From: Candidatus Latescibacterota bacterium
GTDB lineage: Bacteria > Latescibacterota > UBA2968
Direction: 5' to 3'
NCBI GenBank assembly: GCA_965116885.1
Contig: OZ220741.1
Coordinates: 3,936,001 to 4,000,000 of the forward strand
DNA length: 64,000 bases
Made by a program: the position numbers and the translations under genes. Of the stretch, positions 1-9,798 are shown piece after piece (the first letter of the stretch is position 1; each line of letters begins with the position of its first letter). The notes beneath the pieces are model-generated. The model was given only the letters and a program-made list of their open reading frames with translations. It did no database searches and was not told where the DNA came from.

Positions 1-347
1 TGATAATATTTGGCTTTCAGGTCCCACAGGGCAATATCGACTGCTGAAAGGGCACAAAAGGCCAGGCCCTTGCGCCCCACACCGCGTATGCGCCAGAACA
101 TGTCGTCCCACAATTGTTCGATGTTGAGTGGGTCCTGACCCATCAAAATGGGTTTGAGCGACCCTTCGATAATCTCACGGGCGGCTCGCGCGCCTCCTCC
201 TGTGCCCAACCCTTCCAAGCCTTCATCGGTGACGATGTGGACAAAGCACTGTGTTTTGCCCTGTTCAAGGTGGCGAATGGTGGCGTCCTGGATGCCTGTC
301 AGATGAGGCATCGACAGGACGGTTGTTTTTACATCTGTAATTTGCAC
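1..347 (-). CDS. Mandelate racemase/muconate lactonizing enzyme family protein (enolase superfamily), 5' part only; runs off the window
   Basis: Manual translation (not in the ORF track): GTG start at 347 with GGAG upstream; MQITDVKTTVL...VHIVTDEGLEGLG...LKPILMGQDPLNIEQLWDDMFW...ALSAVDIALWDLKAK is the N-terminal MR/MLE signature. Confidence 0.88.
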   Translation of the reverse strand, partial: MQITDVKTTVLSMPHLTGIQDATIRHLEQGKTQCFVHIVTDEGLEGLGTGGGARAAREIIEGSLKPILMGQDPLNIEQLWDDMFWRIRGVGRKGLAFCALSAVDIALWDLKAKYY

Positions 348-366
348 GGTGATGTTCTCCTGGGGG

Positions 367-375
367 TGTTATAAT
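367..375 (+). promoter_or_regulatory. Putative extended -10 promoter (TGnTATAAT) for the long + strand gene run
   Basis: TGTTATAAT in the divergent intergenic gap; no good -35 seen. Confidence 0.4.
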
Positions 376-395
376 ATTGGGCGCATGTTTTTTTT

Positions 396-443
396 GATGC
401 TTTGAAAAGGCTACGTAGCGATATAAATTACGACTACATCATT
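396..443 (+). repeat. Left copy of a 48-bp direct repeat; dead 5' stub of the GMC oxidoreductase gene
   Basis: gatgctttgaaaaggctacgtagcgatataaattacgactacatcatt matches 22871-22918 at 41/48; ATG is changed to ATA and an in-frame TAA follows. Confidence 0.85.
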
Positions 444-504
444 TAAAAGTCTATCGAGATATGTCGGGCATATACACGCCCCTTAATACATTGGAAGGTA
501 TGAC

Positions 505-2550
505 ATGAAGAAAATTGGTTTATGGATCATGAGTTTATTGACAGTGTCTGTGCTGTATTCAAATGTAGAAGCACAGGGCACATACCCATCTCAGCCTATG
601 CTCGATGCGCGGGTTGTAGATATTTTGCATTTAGATGGTTTGCTGTTTAAAGACTTGAATAAAAATGGCAGAGTTGATGTGTACGAAGATTGGCGTCAGC
701 CCGTTGACCAGCGTGTGGCGAATCTGCTTTCGCACATGACCCTAAAAGAAAAGGCTGGCATGTTGCTTATCAATACGTTAAACGCCGAGGCTGGTGGTCG
801 GCTTTCTGATCGCGCTGTGCAATTTGTTGAGACGGAAAGGATGACCCGCTTTATCTTTCGCAATACCGTGACGGCAACTCCTTCTCAACCGACGGAGAGC
901 CGTTGGCGTGGGACCCAAATTACCCCTTATGAAGCAGCGCAGTTTATGAATGCGATGCAGGAACTTGCAGAGTCGGCCCGTCTGGGTATTCCCGCTCTGT
1001 TCAAATCCAATGCCAGAAATCACTACGAACACGATGCAAGAGCTGGTATCAGTGTGTCGGCGGGGTCTTTTTCTGAGTGGCCAAAAGAAGCAGGGCTGGC
1101 AGCAACGCGAGATATGGATCTGATTGCGGAGTTTGCCCAGATCATGGCAAGGGAGTGGACGTCAATTGGTCTGCGGGCAATGTATGGGTATATGGCGGAT
1201 CTCGCTACGGAACCCCGCTGGTATCGTATTCACGAGACGTTTACAGAAGATGCTGATCTGGCCGCTGAGATTATGACTGTGCTGGTGAAGAACCTGCAGG
1301 GTGAGAGCTTAAATTCAAAAAGTGTTGCGCTGACAATGAAGCACTTTCCCGGTGGTGGTCCCCAGGAAGGCGGTGGAGATCCGCACTACGATTTTGGTAA
1401 GAATCAAGTGTACCCTGCAAAAAAATTCGATTATCACTGGAAACCGTTTAAGGCCGCTATAGATGCAGGGGTGTCGTCAATTATGCCTTATTATGGCGTT
1501 CCAATCGGTCAGCAGTATTTGCCCAATGATGTGGGAATGGCTTTCTCGAAGGGAATTTTGACCGAGTTGCTGCGAAATAACCTTGGGTTTAAGGGGTATG
1601 TCAATTCTGATACAGGCATTATTGGTGATCGCGCATGGGGGTTGGAAGACAAGAGTGTTGATGAGCAGATTGTCATAGCCATAGAGGCGGGAACCGATGT
1701 TCTGTCTGGGTTTAATAACAATAAACAGATTTTGAATCTGGTGACTGGCGGAAAGCTTTCAGAAGAGCGCGTTGATCTATCTGTTCGAAGACTTTTAAAA
1801 GAGCAGTTTGAACTGGGACTTTTTGAGAACCCCTACGTGAATCCAGATCGTGCAGCCTATCTGGTCGGCAATCGGTCATTTCAGAAGAAGGCGGAGATTG
1901 CACAGCGCAAATCCATTGTTTTATTGCAACAGAAAGCGGGTGTGTTGCCCCTGGTGGCTCAGAGTGAGGCCGATTCGATTCAAATTTATACGATGGGTAT
2001 GAACCCGGAAGTGGTGGAGGACACTCAGTGGTCGGGTTATACTGTAGTGGCGGGAGATTATGATCCCGACAAGAATGAGATGCGTCCTGCTGTGCCAAAA
2101 GGTACAGACTATGCGATTTTGCGAGTTGTTGTCTCTAATCCGCGTTCACGGGATAGACGTTTTGGCGGGGCCAGTCCAGATGAACTGGATTTGCTGGCGT
2201 TTTCTGATATGGCAAAGGCCAAATCCTGGTCTATTTCACCTTCTCTCACGGATATTCAGGGTGTTATGAAGGAAGTGGGAGCCGACAAGACTATTCTCGC
2301 CATTCGATTTCGGCAACCCTATGTACTGGATCAGCAAAGCGGATTGAGAAAGGCTGGCGCGATTCTGGCGACTTTTGGCGTGAGCGATGCAGCCATTTTA
2401 GATATTCTGACTGGAAAATTCAAGCCTTCGGGGAAACTTCCTTTTGCTCTGGCTAAAAATGCAAAGGCGGTTGCGAAACAGGATCCAGACGCACCGGGAT
2501 ACGACAAAGCAGACACGCTGTTTCCGTTTGGTCATGGTTTGAGCTATTAG
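505..2550 (+). CDS. Glycoside hydrolase family 3 (beta-glucosidase/xylosidase-like), secreted
   Basis: Signal peptide; DLNKNG..DVYEDWR leader; PRWYRIHETFTED, KHFPG, YVNSDT nucleophile region; C-terminal PSGKLPF..LFPFGHGLSY. Confidence 0.92.
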   Translation: MKKIGLWIMSLLTVSVLYSNVEAQGTYPSQPMLDARVVDILHLDGLLFKDLNKNGRVDVYEDWRQPVDQRVANLLSHMTLKEKAGMLLINTLNAEAGGRLSDRAVQFVETERMTRFIFRNTVTATPSQPTESRWRGTQITPYEAAQFMNAMQELAESARLGIPALFKSNARNHYEHDARAGISVSAGSFSEWPKEAGLAATRDMDLIAEFAQIMAREWTSIGLRAMYGYMADLATEPRWYRIHETFTEDADLAAEIMTVLVKNLQGESLNSKSVALTMKHFPGGGPQEGGGDPHYDFGKNQVYPAKKFDYHWKPFKAAIDAGVSSIMPYYGVPIGQQYLPNDVGMAFSKGILTELLRNNLGFKGYVNSDTGIIGDRAWGLEDKSVDEQIVIAIEAGTDVLSGFNNNKQILNLVTGGKLSEERVDLSVRRLLKEQFELGLFENPYVNPDRAAYLVGNRSFQKKAEIAQRKSIVLLQQKAGVLPLVAQSEADSIQIYTMGMNPEVVEDTQWSGYTVVAGDYDPDKNEMRPAVPKGTDYAILRVVVSNPRSRDRRFGGASPDELDLLAFSDMAKAKSWSISPSLTDIQGVMKEVGADKTILAIRFRQPYVLDQQSGLRKAGAILATFGVSDAAILDILTGKFKPSGKLPFALAKNAKAVAKQDPDAPGYDKADTLFPFGHGLSY

Positions 2551-2591
2551 ATTAACATATCGAATTCTTATTAGCTGGAGGATAAAATAGT

Positions 2592-3392
2592 ATGAATGAA
2601 AAAACGAATCTACATTGGTCTTTCAATCACGATAGAGTAGAGCAGGGGCAGTCTCCAGATTTCGCGCAGCAGTTTCATTCCCTGGTAAAGGGGACGTTGG
2701 AAGCGATAGCCTCCGGAGATCACGGAGGCGAAGTCACCCGCTATACGATTCTCCCCAATTTCAGGCGCGGCTATAAAGGCCCGGCAGACGGCGATGACCT
2801 GTCCGTGGGCGAGGTGGTGATCCGCCAGACGGTCGAGGATGAGAATCGTCTGAACTATTCTGTTGTGTACAGAAACGCCGCGAGCGGAGAACTGATGGAT
2901 ATGCAATTTACATCCGATAGGGATGCATTTCGCACGTTGACCGGTACATGGTCTGTGCACGTAGAGAACTGCGCTGGAGACGGTTACAAGGAATTTTCCT
3001 GTGATGGGCGTCTGGAAGAGAACGGCTCTGTTTTCCTTACGACTAATGGACTGGATTTGCAGGCGGGTTCAGCTGATCTATCCGTACCGCTAACCTGCAA
3101 CTGGACGCTGTTCGACGTGATTCCCGCGCTTGCAGACGGCTTGCGAGAATCTGGTGAGGCACAGAGGCTGACGATCCTGGAGGATCTTGAAAAAGTCCGA
3201 AACAATGGGCAAGTTCGTTTTCTCGAGTCGTATGATTTGCAGTTGGACAGCGATTCGGTTGCACTTGATGGATACGCCCTCATTGCAGAAGGGATGACGC
3301 CTTCTTATTGGTGGCTGGATGCGCGTGGTAGGGTGCTTATCGCAACCACTTTGTATCAAACCCTGATTCTTACAGGAGGCGAAAATGCCTGA
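2592..3392 (+). CDS. Hypothetical protein
   Basis: 266-aa ORF, GGAGG RBS, overlaps the next gene start by 8 nt; no motif recognised. Confidence 0.75.
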   Translation: MNEKTNLHWSFNHDRVEQGQSPDFAQQFHSLVKGTLEAIASGDHGGEVTRYTILPNFRRGYKGPADGDDLSVGEVVIRQTVEDENRLNYSVVYRNAASGELMDMQFTSDRDAFRTLTGTWSVHVENCAGDGYKEFSCDGRLEENGSVFLTTNGLDLQAGSADLSVPLTCNWTLFDVIPALADGLRESGEAQRLTILEDLEKVRNNGQVRFLESYDLQLDSDSVALDGYALIAEGMTPSYWWLDARGRVLIATTLYQTLILTGGENA

Positions 3393-4839
3393 TCGGCCGA
3401 ATATTCTGTTTATCAACACGGATCAGCACACATGGGATGTGGTGTCGGCTTATGGCTACCCTTATGTGAAGACGCCAAATATTGATCGGATCGTGCGCAA
3501 CGGTGTTTCTTTTATGAGATCGTACTCTACTGATCCCGTCTGCGGACCGACAAGAGCCAGTTGGATGACCGGGCGGTACACTTCAGAATTGGGAACGCCG
3601 TTTAACGGGGGTCATTTGCACGAGGATATCCCGGATCTGGGTCAGGTTCTCAACAGCAATGGCTACCAGGCGTTTCATTCGGGCAAATGGCATGTCGATG
3701 GACGCGATGTCCGGAATTCGTTTCAACTTCTTTATATTGGGAACCGTCCAATTGGGGCTGGCGGGGGCGAGTACTACGACGGGGCAATTACGCATGCCGC
3801 GATCGATTTCTTGAGTCGATACGATGGTTCGGACCCCTTCTTCCTGCAGGTGCCTTATGTAAATCCGCACGACATTTGTCAATGCGAGCACGATCACGAA
3901 GAGAAGACCATCCCGGACCCCATTGAGCAGGGAATATTGAGTGAAGAGGACCTGCCGCCACTGCCGTTGAATTTCCATTACGACGAACGCGAGACAGTGG
4001 TCCACAAGGTGGCACGCAGGATGGACGAGTGCCTGATTCACTGGCCGATTCTGCGAAAAGTGCGCCATTGGTCCGAGATCCAGTGGCGATACCTGATGTG
4101 GCAGCACCACCGCCTGGTCGAGAAAGTAGATAGCGAAATCGGGTTGCTTCTCGAGGCACTGGACAAAAGTCGATTCCGCGATAACACGTTGATCATGTTT
4201 ACCATGGATCACGGGGAGGCGTATGGGCAGCACCAGATGTTTCAGAAGTTTTCGCTCTATGAAGCGAGTGTGCGCGTCCCGTTCATTGTCGCTTCTCTGG
4301 GCGACGATCTGGATGTGCCCAAGGATCTTAGGGACGAGACCCATTTTGTTTCGGGTGTGGATCTGTTTCCCACTGTGTGTGATTATGCAGGCATTGATAT
4401 AGTAGATGGCGTGCAGGGCCTGAGCCTGAAGCCGCTGGTGGAAGGTCAGAACCCCGCGTGGCGGGAGTTTGCGTACATCGAGAGCAACGGCTGGGCGCGA
4501 TCGCTTGTGTTTGATCGCTATAAGTATGTCGGCGAGTATATCCCCTTTGGGACGGAGCAAGACCTGGATCCTATCGGACCAGATCCGGACCGCATTGGGC
4601 TGGAACAGATATTTGATCTGGTCGAAGATCCCGACGAGACACACAATTTGGCATATCAGCCGGAAATGCGGGACATGCTCAAAAGATTCCGGCAATTGAT
4701 GATAAATTTTGAGGGGCAACTGAATCGGCGAAGGATGACGGCCAAACGGCCTGCTGCGCAATTGCTCAATTGGGGAAAGCAAATTCGGGGATATTGGGAT
4801 GCACATCCCGAGTTGGAGGAAATGCGGATACGGCTGTGA
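3385..4839 (+). CDS. Sulfatase (formylglycine-dependent, Cys type)
   Basis: PNILFINTDQH, CGPTRASWMTG, GKWH, NPHD, DHGE, QKFSLYE. Confidence 0.93.
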   Translation: MPDRPNILFINTDQHTWDVVSAYGYPYVKTPNIDRIVRNGVSFMRSYSTDPVCGPTRASWMTGRYTSELGTPFNGGHLHEDIPDLGQVLNSNGYQAFHSGKWHVDGRDVRNSFQLLYIGNRPIGAGGGEYYDGAITHAAIDFLSRYDGSDPFFLQVPYVNPHDICQCEHDHEEKTIPDPIEQGILSEEDLPPLPLNFHYDERETVVHKVARRMDECLIHWPILRKVRHWSEIQWRYLMWQHHRLVEKVDSEIGLLLEALDKSRFRDNTLIMFTMDHGEAYGQHQMFQKFSLYEASVRVPFIVASLGDDLDVPKDLRDETHFVSGVDLFPTVCDYAGIDIVDGVQGLSLKPLVEGQNPAWREFAYIESNGWARSLVFDRYKYVGEYIPFGTEQDLDPIGPDPDRIGLEQIFDLVEDPDETHNLAYQPEMRDMLKRFRQLMINFEGQLNRRRMTAKRPAAQLLNWGKQIRGYWDAHPELEEMRIRL

Positions 4840-4840
4840 T

Positions 4841-4870
4841 CCGCAGATAGACGCAGATAGACGCAGATGG
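4841..4870 (+). repeat. Tandem decamer (c/a)cgcagatag x3
   Basis: ccgcagatag acgcagatag acgcagatgg directly after the sulfatase stop codon. Confidence 0.85.
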
Positions 4871-4976
4871 GGAGGCGTGTCCGTATCCGGGATCGATTCA
4901 CAAATAAAGTGCGATTCCAAAAGGAGCAATCCCCATATTTTGCACAACCACAGATGCAAAAAGAAAGGTTTAGCAG

Positions 4977-6269
4977 ATGAGTAAGTGGATAGATGACAAT
5001 ATCAAAGAACGGCCGAATATTCTGATTATTTTTACCGATGATCAGGGATATTCGGATCTTGGGTGTTTTGGAAACAAAAAGAACAAGACACCGCGACTGG
5101 ATCAACTGGCGAAGGAGGGAACGCGCTTCACCAGCTTTTACGCCCAGCCGGTATGCGGTCCGTCTCGGTCGGCATTGCTCACCGGTCGCTATCCGGTCCG
5201 CAGCAAGGGCTGGGGGATGCCTGCCAGTGAGATCACTTTTGCCGAGTTGATGAAACCCGCAGGATACCAGACGGTTTGTATCGGCAAGTGGGATGTCTCG
5301 AACAGGAAGGAAATTATCGAGCGCATGCCGAATGCACAGGGGTTTGATTATTATTACGGTACTCTGGGAGCAAACGACAATGGGTTTATAAAGTTTCACG
5401 AGAATAACACGGCGGTTGGTGAAACAGAAGACATGAGCTGTACGATTCGCATGTACACCGATAAAGCGATTGATTTTCTGGAGAATCGCCGAGATCCGAA
5501 CAAGCCGTTTGTGCTCTATCTGGCGCATACGATGTTGCACACGATCATCGATGCATCTCCTGAGTTTAAGGGAAAATCGGCGGGCGGGCTATATGGGGAC
5601 GTGGTTGAAGAGTTAGACCATGAGACCGGACGTTTGCTCGACAAGCTGGACGCGCTGGGGCTGGGCGATAACACACTGGTGATCTATACGACAGATAATG
5701 GACCGTGGTGCCAGTCCAAATACTATGAAAACAAGAAAGGCCATCCAGAGGGTTCCATCTTTTGGGGCGATCCCGGGCCGCTGCGCGCCGGTAAAGGATC
5801 AGCTTATGAAGCCGGATCTCGTGTGCCCTGTATTGTCCGCTGGCCGGGTAAAGTCCCGGCTGGGCGCACCTCGGATGCGCTCTGGGCCACGATTGATTTA
5901 CTGCCGACTTTTACCGCACTATCAGGTGTCAAACCGCCAACAGATCGCGTGATTGATGGCATTGATCAGACCGCATTGCTCCTGGGACAGGCCGAAGAGG
6001 GCCGAGAAACCTTTATCTATGATCAGGTGGGAGATGGCGATGCCAATATGGGCGTCGGTATTAGAAAGAAAAATTGGAAGTTGCTGCTTCCTGGGCGCAA
6101 ACCGGAACAAGACCATCGATTTCTGATGGATTTTGGAACAAATGGTCTGGAGTTATACGATCTGGATAGCGATATTGGTGAAAAAAACAACATCGCAGAC
6201 GATCATCCTGAAGTCGTGAAAGAACTCCGTGAAACCTTAGACAGTTTTAAAAAAGGTGTAGTGGAATGA
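4977..6269 (+). CDS. Arylsulfatase-family sulfatase
   Basis: PNILIIFTDDQGYSD, CGPSRSALLTG, GKWD, TDNGP, GKGSAYEAG. Confidence 0.93.
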   Translation: MSKWIDDNIKERPNILIIFTDDQGYSDLGCFGNKKNKTPRLDQLAKEGTRFTSFYAQPVCGPSRSALLTGRYPVRSKGWGMPASEITFAELMKPAGYQTVCIGKWDVSNRKEIIERMPNAQGFDYYYGTLGANDNGFIKFHENNTAVGETEDMSCTIRMYTDKAIDFLENRRDPNKPFVLYLAHTMLHTIIDASPEFKGKSAGGLYGDVVEELDHETGRLLDKLDALGLGDNTLVIYTTDNGPWCQSKYYENKKGHPEGSIFWGDPGPLRAGKGSAYEAGSRVPCIVRWPGKVPAGRTSDALWATIDLLPTFTALSGVKPPTDRVIDGIDQTALLLGQAEEGRETFIYDQVGDGDANMGVGIRKKNWKLLLPGRKPEQDHRFLMDFGTNGLELYDLDSDIGEKNNIADDHPEVVKELRETLDSFKKGVVE

Positions 6270-6285
6270 TGGAAAGGAGTAGAGA

Positions 6286-7077
6286 ATGGGTGCGTTTTAT
6301 ATACCCGAAGATGCAGAGGCGCAGTTTGAAGAGCGTGGTTATTTTGTGGTGCGAAATTTGATTTCAGCCCGAGCCGTTGAGGCGGTGCGAAGTGAGCTTG
6401 AGCGGGTCATCGCAGAAAAGCCGGAAGGATTCAGATTGACCACTGATCGCGCAGATGATAAAGGTGTTGACGGTGATGCGGCGGTATGGGCTGTTGGGGA
6501 TCGCGATCTGCACAGCCCAGTTCTTTGGGAGGAGTGGCTGACCGCAGAAAACGTGATTGCAATGAACAGACGCTTTCTGGGTGAAAATGTTCGCGTTCAG
6601 GGTACGCGTTTTTTTACCAAACAGGCCCGAATAGGTGAATCTGTGCCCTGGCATCAGGACATTTGGTTGTGGGAGCGCGATGCGTCACATGGTATCAGAC
6701 CGCACAAGCGAGAACATTTCAACTGCTGGGTAGCTTTGGAGGCTGTCGATCTGGAGAATGGGTGTTTGCATGTGATGCCCGGTAGCCACAAAGGAGGAGT
6801 GATCGAACACGTTCAGTATGATGGGTTGCACCCAGAGATTCCGCGTGAGTTGGTGGCTGATAATACACCTGAGCCTGTGCCGCTTGGACCGGGCGATGCT
6901 GTGATCTGGCATGCGCATATGTGGCATATGAGTCCCCCGAATCCGAGCGATCGCACGCGATGGGGCGGTGTTATGATCACGTTTCGCGAAGAGATGGCTG
7001 AAAAGGCGAATCAGGCCGATCGGGGAATGCTCATCCGCAATGGGAAGGCGTGTTCTTATCCAGGACCGATTCGTTGA
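6286..7077 (+). CDS. Phytanoyl-CoA dioxygenase (PhyH) family Fe(II)/2OG oxygenase
   Basis: FEERGYFVVRN, WHQD, WVAL..ENGCL..PGSHK, distal WH..PN.S...R. Confidence 0.92.
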   Translation: MGAFYIPEDAEAQFEERGYFVVRNLISARAVEAVRSELERVIAEKPEGFRLTTDRADDKGVDGDAAVWAVGDRDLHSPVLWEEWLTAENVIAMNRRFLGENVRVQGTRFFTKQARIGESVPWHQDIWLWERDASHGIRPHKREHFNCWVALEAVDLENGCLHVMPGSHKGGVIEHVQYDGLHPEIPRELVADNTPEPVPLGPGDAVIWHAHMWHMSPPNPSDRTRWGGVMITFREEMAEKANQADRGMLIRNGKACSYPGPIR

Positions 7078-7135
7078 GCCACATCTCCAATAGTTATACC
7101 TGCTTTTTGTCACACCGACATGAAGGGATCGAAGA

Positions 7136-8530
7136 ATGCCAAAAGATTCACCGAATATCATCCTGATAAATTGCGATGATTTAGGATACGCCGATATCGG
7201 CTGTTATGGATCAACGCTCAACAAAACACCAGCACTCGACCGGTTGGCCGAACAAGGCATGCGGTTCACCGATTTCTACGCTGCCGCGCCGGTATGCACC
7301 CCCTCCAGAGCTGCTATGCTGGCTGGCTCATACCCTCGAAGGCTCAACATGCATGCTTTTGACATTCGAAAAACCGATGGCTCAGGAGAGATTCTCGAAC
7401 ATCGGGGGGTGTTGTTTCCTGGACAGGCCGAGGGGCTGAACCCCCAGGAGAAGACGATTGCGTCGGTGTTGAAGGGGGGTGGGTACACGACAAAAATGAT
7501 CGGAAAGTGGCATGTGGGAGACCAGCCTGAGTTTTTACCTGCGCATTATGGTTTTGATTCCTGGTTTGGGATCCCGTATAGCAACGACATGGGGCTTCAA
7601 ACTCGGAGCCCTGAAAAAGTCTGGGCGCAACATATCAAGGCTCCCCTGCCTCTCGTGCGGGATAGCGTGGTGGTACAAGAACAGCCCGATCAGACCTCTG
7701 TTACGGAAAGATACACCGAGGAGGCTGTGACGTTTATCAGAGAGAACGCTGATCGTCCGTTTTTCCTTTATTTCGCGCATACCTATGTACACAACCCATT
7801 GTTCGTACCGGAAGTCTTCGAAAGACAGTCAGAGAATGGTATCCTCGGTGCAGCAGTCGCGCATATCGACTGGAGTTTGGCGATGCTCGAATACGAGCTC
7901 GAACGATGCGGCTTGACGGACGATACACTCATTATTTTTACATCCGACAATGGTGGCGCGAGGAAGAGTGTTAATACACCCTTACGGGGATTCAAGGGAT
8001 CGACCTGGGAAGGAGGCCAGCGGGTGAACTGCATTATGAAATGGCCTGCACGCATTCCTGCAGGAACAACCTGTGGCGAGATCAGCACCATGATGGATTT
8101 CCTGCCAACGTTCGCTGACATAACAGGAGCCGATATTGAAGACGGCGTCATTCGAGATGGTCATACGATGCTGGGGCTCATGACGCAGGAAGCTGGCGCG
8201 TCATCTGGATACAAAGAATTTCTGTACTTCAAGGAGGGCAATCTCAATGCGATACGGAGTGGCGACTATAAACTGCATCTCCATCTCAAAGAGCTGTACA
8301 ATCTGGATGCCGACGTTGGGGAGACAGACAATAAGTACGACGAATGCCCTGATGTGGTTCAGAAGCTCTTATATATGGCTGAATTAGCCCGCGAGGATTT
8401 GGGAGACGACATCGCGGGCGTTACCGGTGCAAACCAGCGTCCCTGTGGGTGGGTTGAAAACCCCAAGCCACTTACGACCTACGATCCCAACCATCCGTAT
8501 ATCGTCGCGTTGTACGATATACCGGGATAA
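7136..8530 (+). CDS. Arylsulfatase-family sulfatase
   Basis: PNIILINCDDLGYAD, CTPSRA, GKWHVG, PYSNDM, SDNG, GFKGSTWEGG. Confidence 0.94.
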   Translation: MPKDSPNIILINCDDLGYADIGCYGSTLNKTPALDRLAEQGMRFTDFYAAAPVCTPSRAAMLAGSYPRRLNMHAFDIRKTDGSGEILEHRGVLFPGQAEGLNPQEKTIASVLKGGGYTTKMIGKWHVGDQPEFLPAHYGFDSWFGIPYSNDMGLQTRSPEKVWAQHIKAPLPLVRDSVVVQEQPDQTSVTERYTEEAVTFIRENADRPFFLYFAHTYVHNPLFVPEVFERQSENGILGAAVAHIDWSLAMLEYELERCGLTDDTLIIFTSDNGGARKSVNTPLRGFKGSTWEGGQRVNCIMKWPARIPAGTTCGEISTMMDFLPTFADITGADIEDGVIRDGHTMLGLMTQEAGASSGYKEFLYFKEGNLNAIRSGDYKLHLHLKELYNLDADVGETDNKYDECPDVVQKLLYMAELAREDLGDDIAGVTGANQRPCGWVENPKPLTTYDPNHPYIVALYDIPG

Positions 8531-8586
8531 GAAAGAATATTGCCCCAGCCATAGCTTTTTTAACCCTTAAACCAGGTGAGTTGATT

Positions 8587-9774
8587 ATGTCAAAACACTT
8601 AAATTTAGATGAGCGGCTGCGCGTCCCCTACTCCATCGGCACGGGCATTCCCAAAGGTGGCGATGCAGAGATTGAGGGGTATGTGCAATCGCTGCGAACC
8701 CAGGGGTTCTGCGTCATCGAGCGGGTGATTCCCAAAGATCAGATTGACGCGGTACGCGAGAGTGTACACCGGGGTCGCGAGTTGTTGCAACAGGACCGCG
8801 AGGTGGAGCGCCGCAAGCGCATAGAGCTACAGCGTCAGAGAGACCCCGATGCCGAGATTGACGACAGCGCTGAACGCTTCGAAAGATGGCGCCAGGACCC
8901 GGTGCGGCCACCGATGGCACCGCACGCCGAGTTGTGCGATATCGCGCGATGCGAGACCTTCGCCGAGTATCTCGCGGAGCCTCGCGTACTGCGGGTTGCC
9001 AGAGCCATGCTCGATACACACATCCGTATTTTGCAGACGGAGGTCAACAAGTCGTCGCGACCGGCGAAGAAACCGCTATCCGAGCAGCAACTTAAGCACC
9101 GTGGTTGGCATTCTGACTGGCCACACGATCTGAGCGCGTATGGGCCAAACAGCGAACATCCCTGGAAGCACTGCGGCGCAGTCGCCCAGCCCTTCCCCGA
9201 CGTCTGCATGGCACTATCCACGGTCTGGTACCTCGGTCCGGAAGACGTGACCCCGTTCAACGGCGGCACGTGGATTGTGCCGGGGTCGCACAAAGACCCG
9301 CGTAACCCGCGAGGTCCCGACGATGGCATCGACGCGCGCGCGCCAATTCCAGGAGAATTCCAGGTCTCTGCTCCGGCGGGCTCGGTTTTTATGCAGGACA
9401 CGAGGATCTGGCACTCGAGCGGGCTTAACCAGAGCGAACACGAGCGCACGGCGGTGGTGTGCCGATATGGGCCGTGGTGGCTGTCTGGGAATGAGTTTGG
9501 CAACTTGCACTCGGGCGGCCACACACTAAGGACCTACGTGCCGCGGGAGGTTTTCGCCAGGTTCTCTCCGGAGCTGAAGCTGCTGTATCGGCACATCGCT
9601 GAGGGCGAGCAGGATGTGCTACAGCCGGAGAACCAGCACAAGGCGTTGCGCGCCAGGTTTGTGGATCAACCGGAACTGCGCCATCCGGACCGCATCGGCG
9701 ACAACAGCCACATCGTCGCCGGGGGCATGAGTGTTGAGGAATGGGAACGCAGCCGGGGCGAGTCTGCCAGATGA
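8587..9774 (+). CDS. PhyH-family dioxygenase
   Basis: GFCVIERVI, WHSDWP, NGGTWIVPGSH, GSV..QDTRIWH; ATG at 8587 preferred over TTG at 8581. Confidence 0.88.
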   Translation: MSKHLNLDERLRVPYSIGTGIPKGGDAEIEGYVQSLRTQGFCVIERVIPKDQIDAVRESVHRGRELLQQDREVERRKRIELQRQRDPDAEIDDSAERFERWRQDPVRPPMAPHAELCDIARCETFAEYLAEPRVLRVARAMLDTHIRILQTEVNKSSRPAKKPLSEQQLKHRGWHSDWPHDLSAYGPNSEHPWKHCGAVAQPFPDVCMALSTVWYLGPEDVTPFNGGTWIVPGSHKDPRNPRGPDDGIDARAPIPGEFQVSAPAGSVFMQDTRIWHSSGLNQSEHERTAVVCRYGPWWLSGNEFGNLHSGGHTLRTYVPREVFARFSPELKLLYRHIAEGEQDVLQPENQHKALRARFVDQPELRHPDRIGDNSHIVAGGMSVEEWERSRGESAR

Positions 9775-9798
9775 CAGAACCATTGCAGGAGGAGTGAT

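Noticed and set aside
114..374. 86-aa + strand ORF in the track
   Set aside because: Antisense to the clear enolase-superfamily gene on the minus strand.
3583..4959. 458-aa minus-strand ORF, and similar long antisense ORFs (4656-5540, 9619-10611, 10841-11875, 37536-38498, 52392-53381, 55895-56815)
   Set aside because: Shadow frames opposite well-supported genes, with no recognisable motifs.
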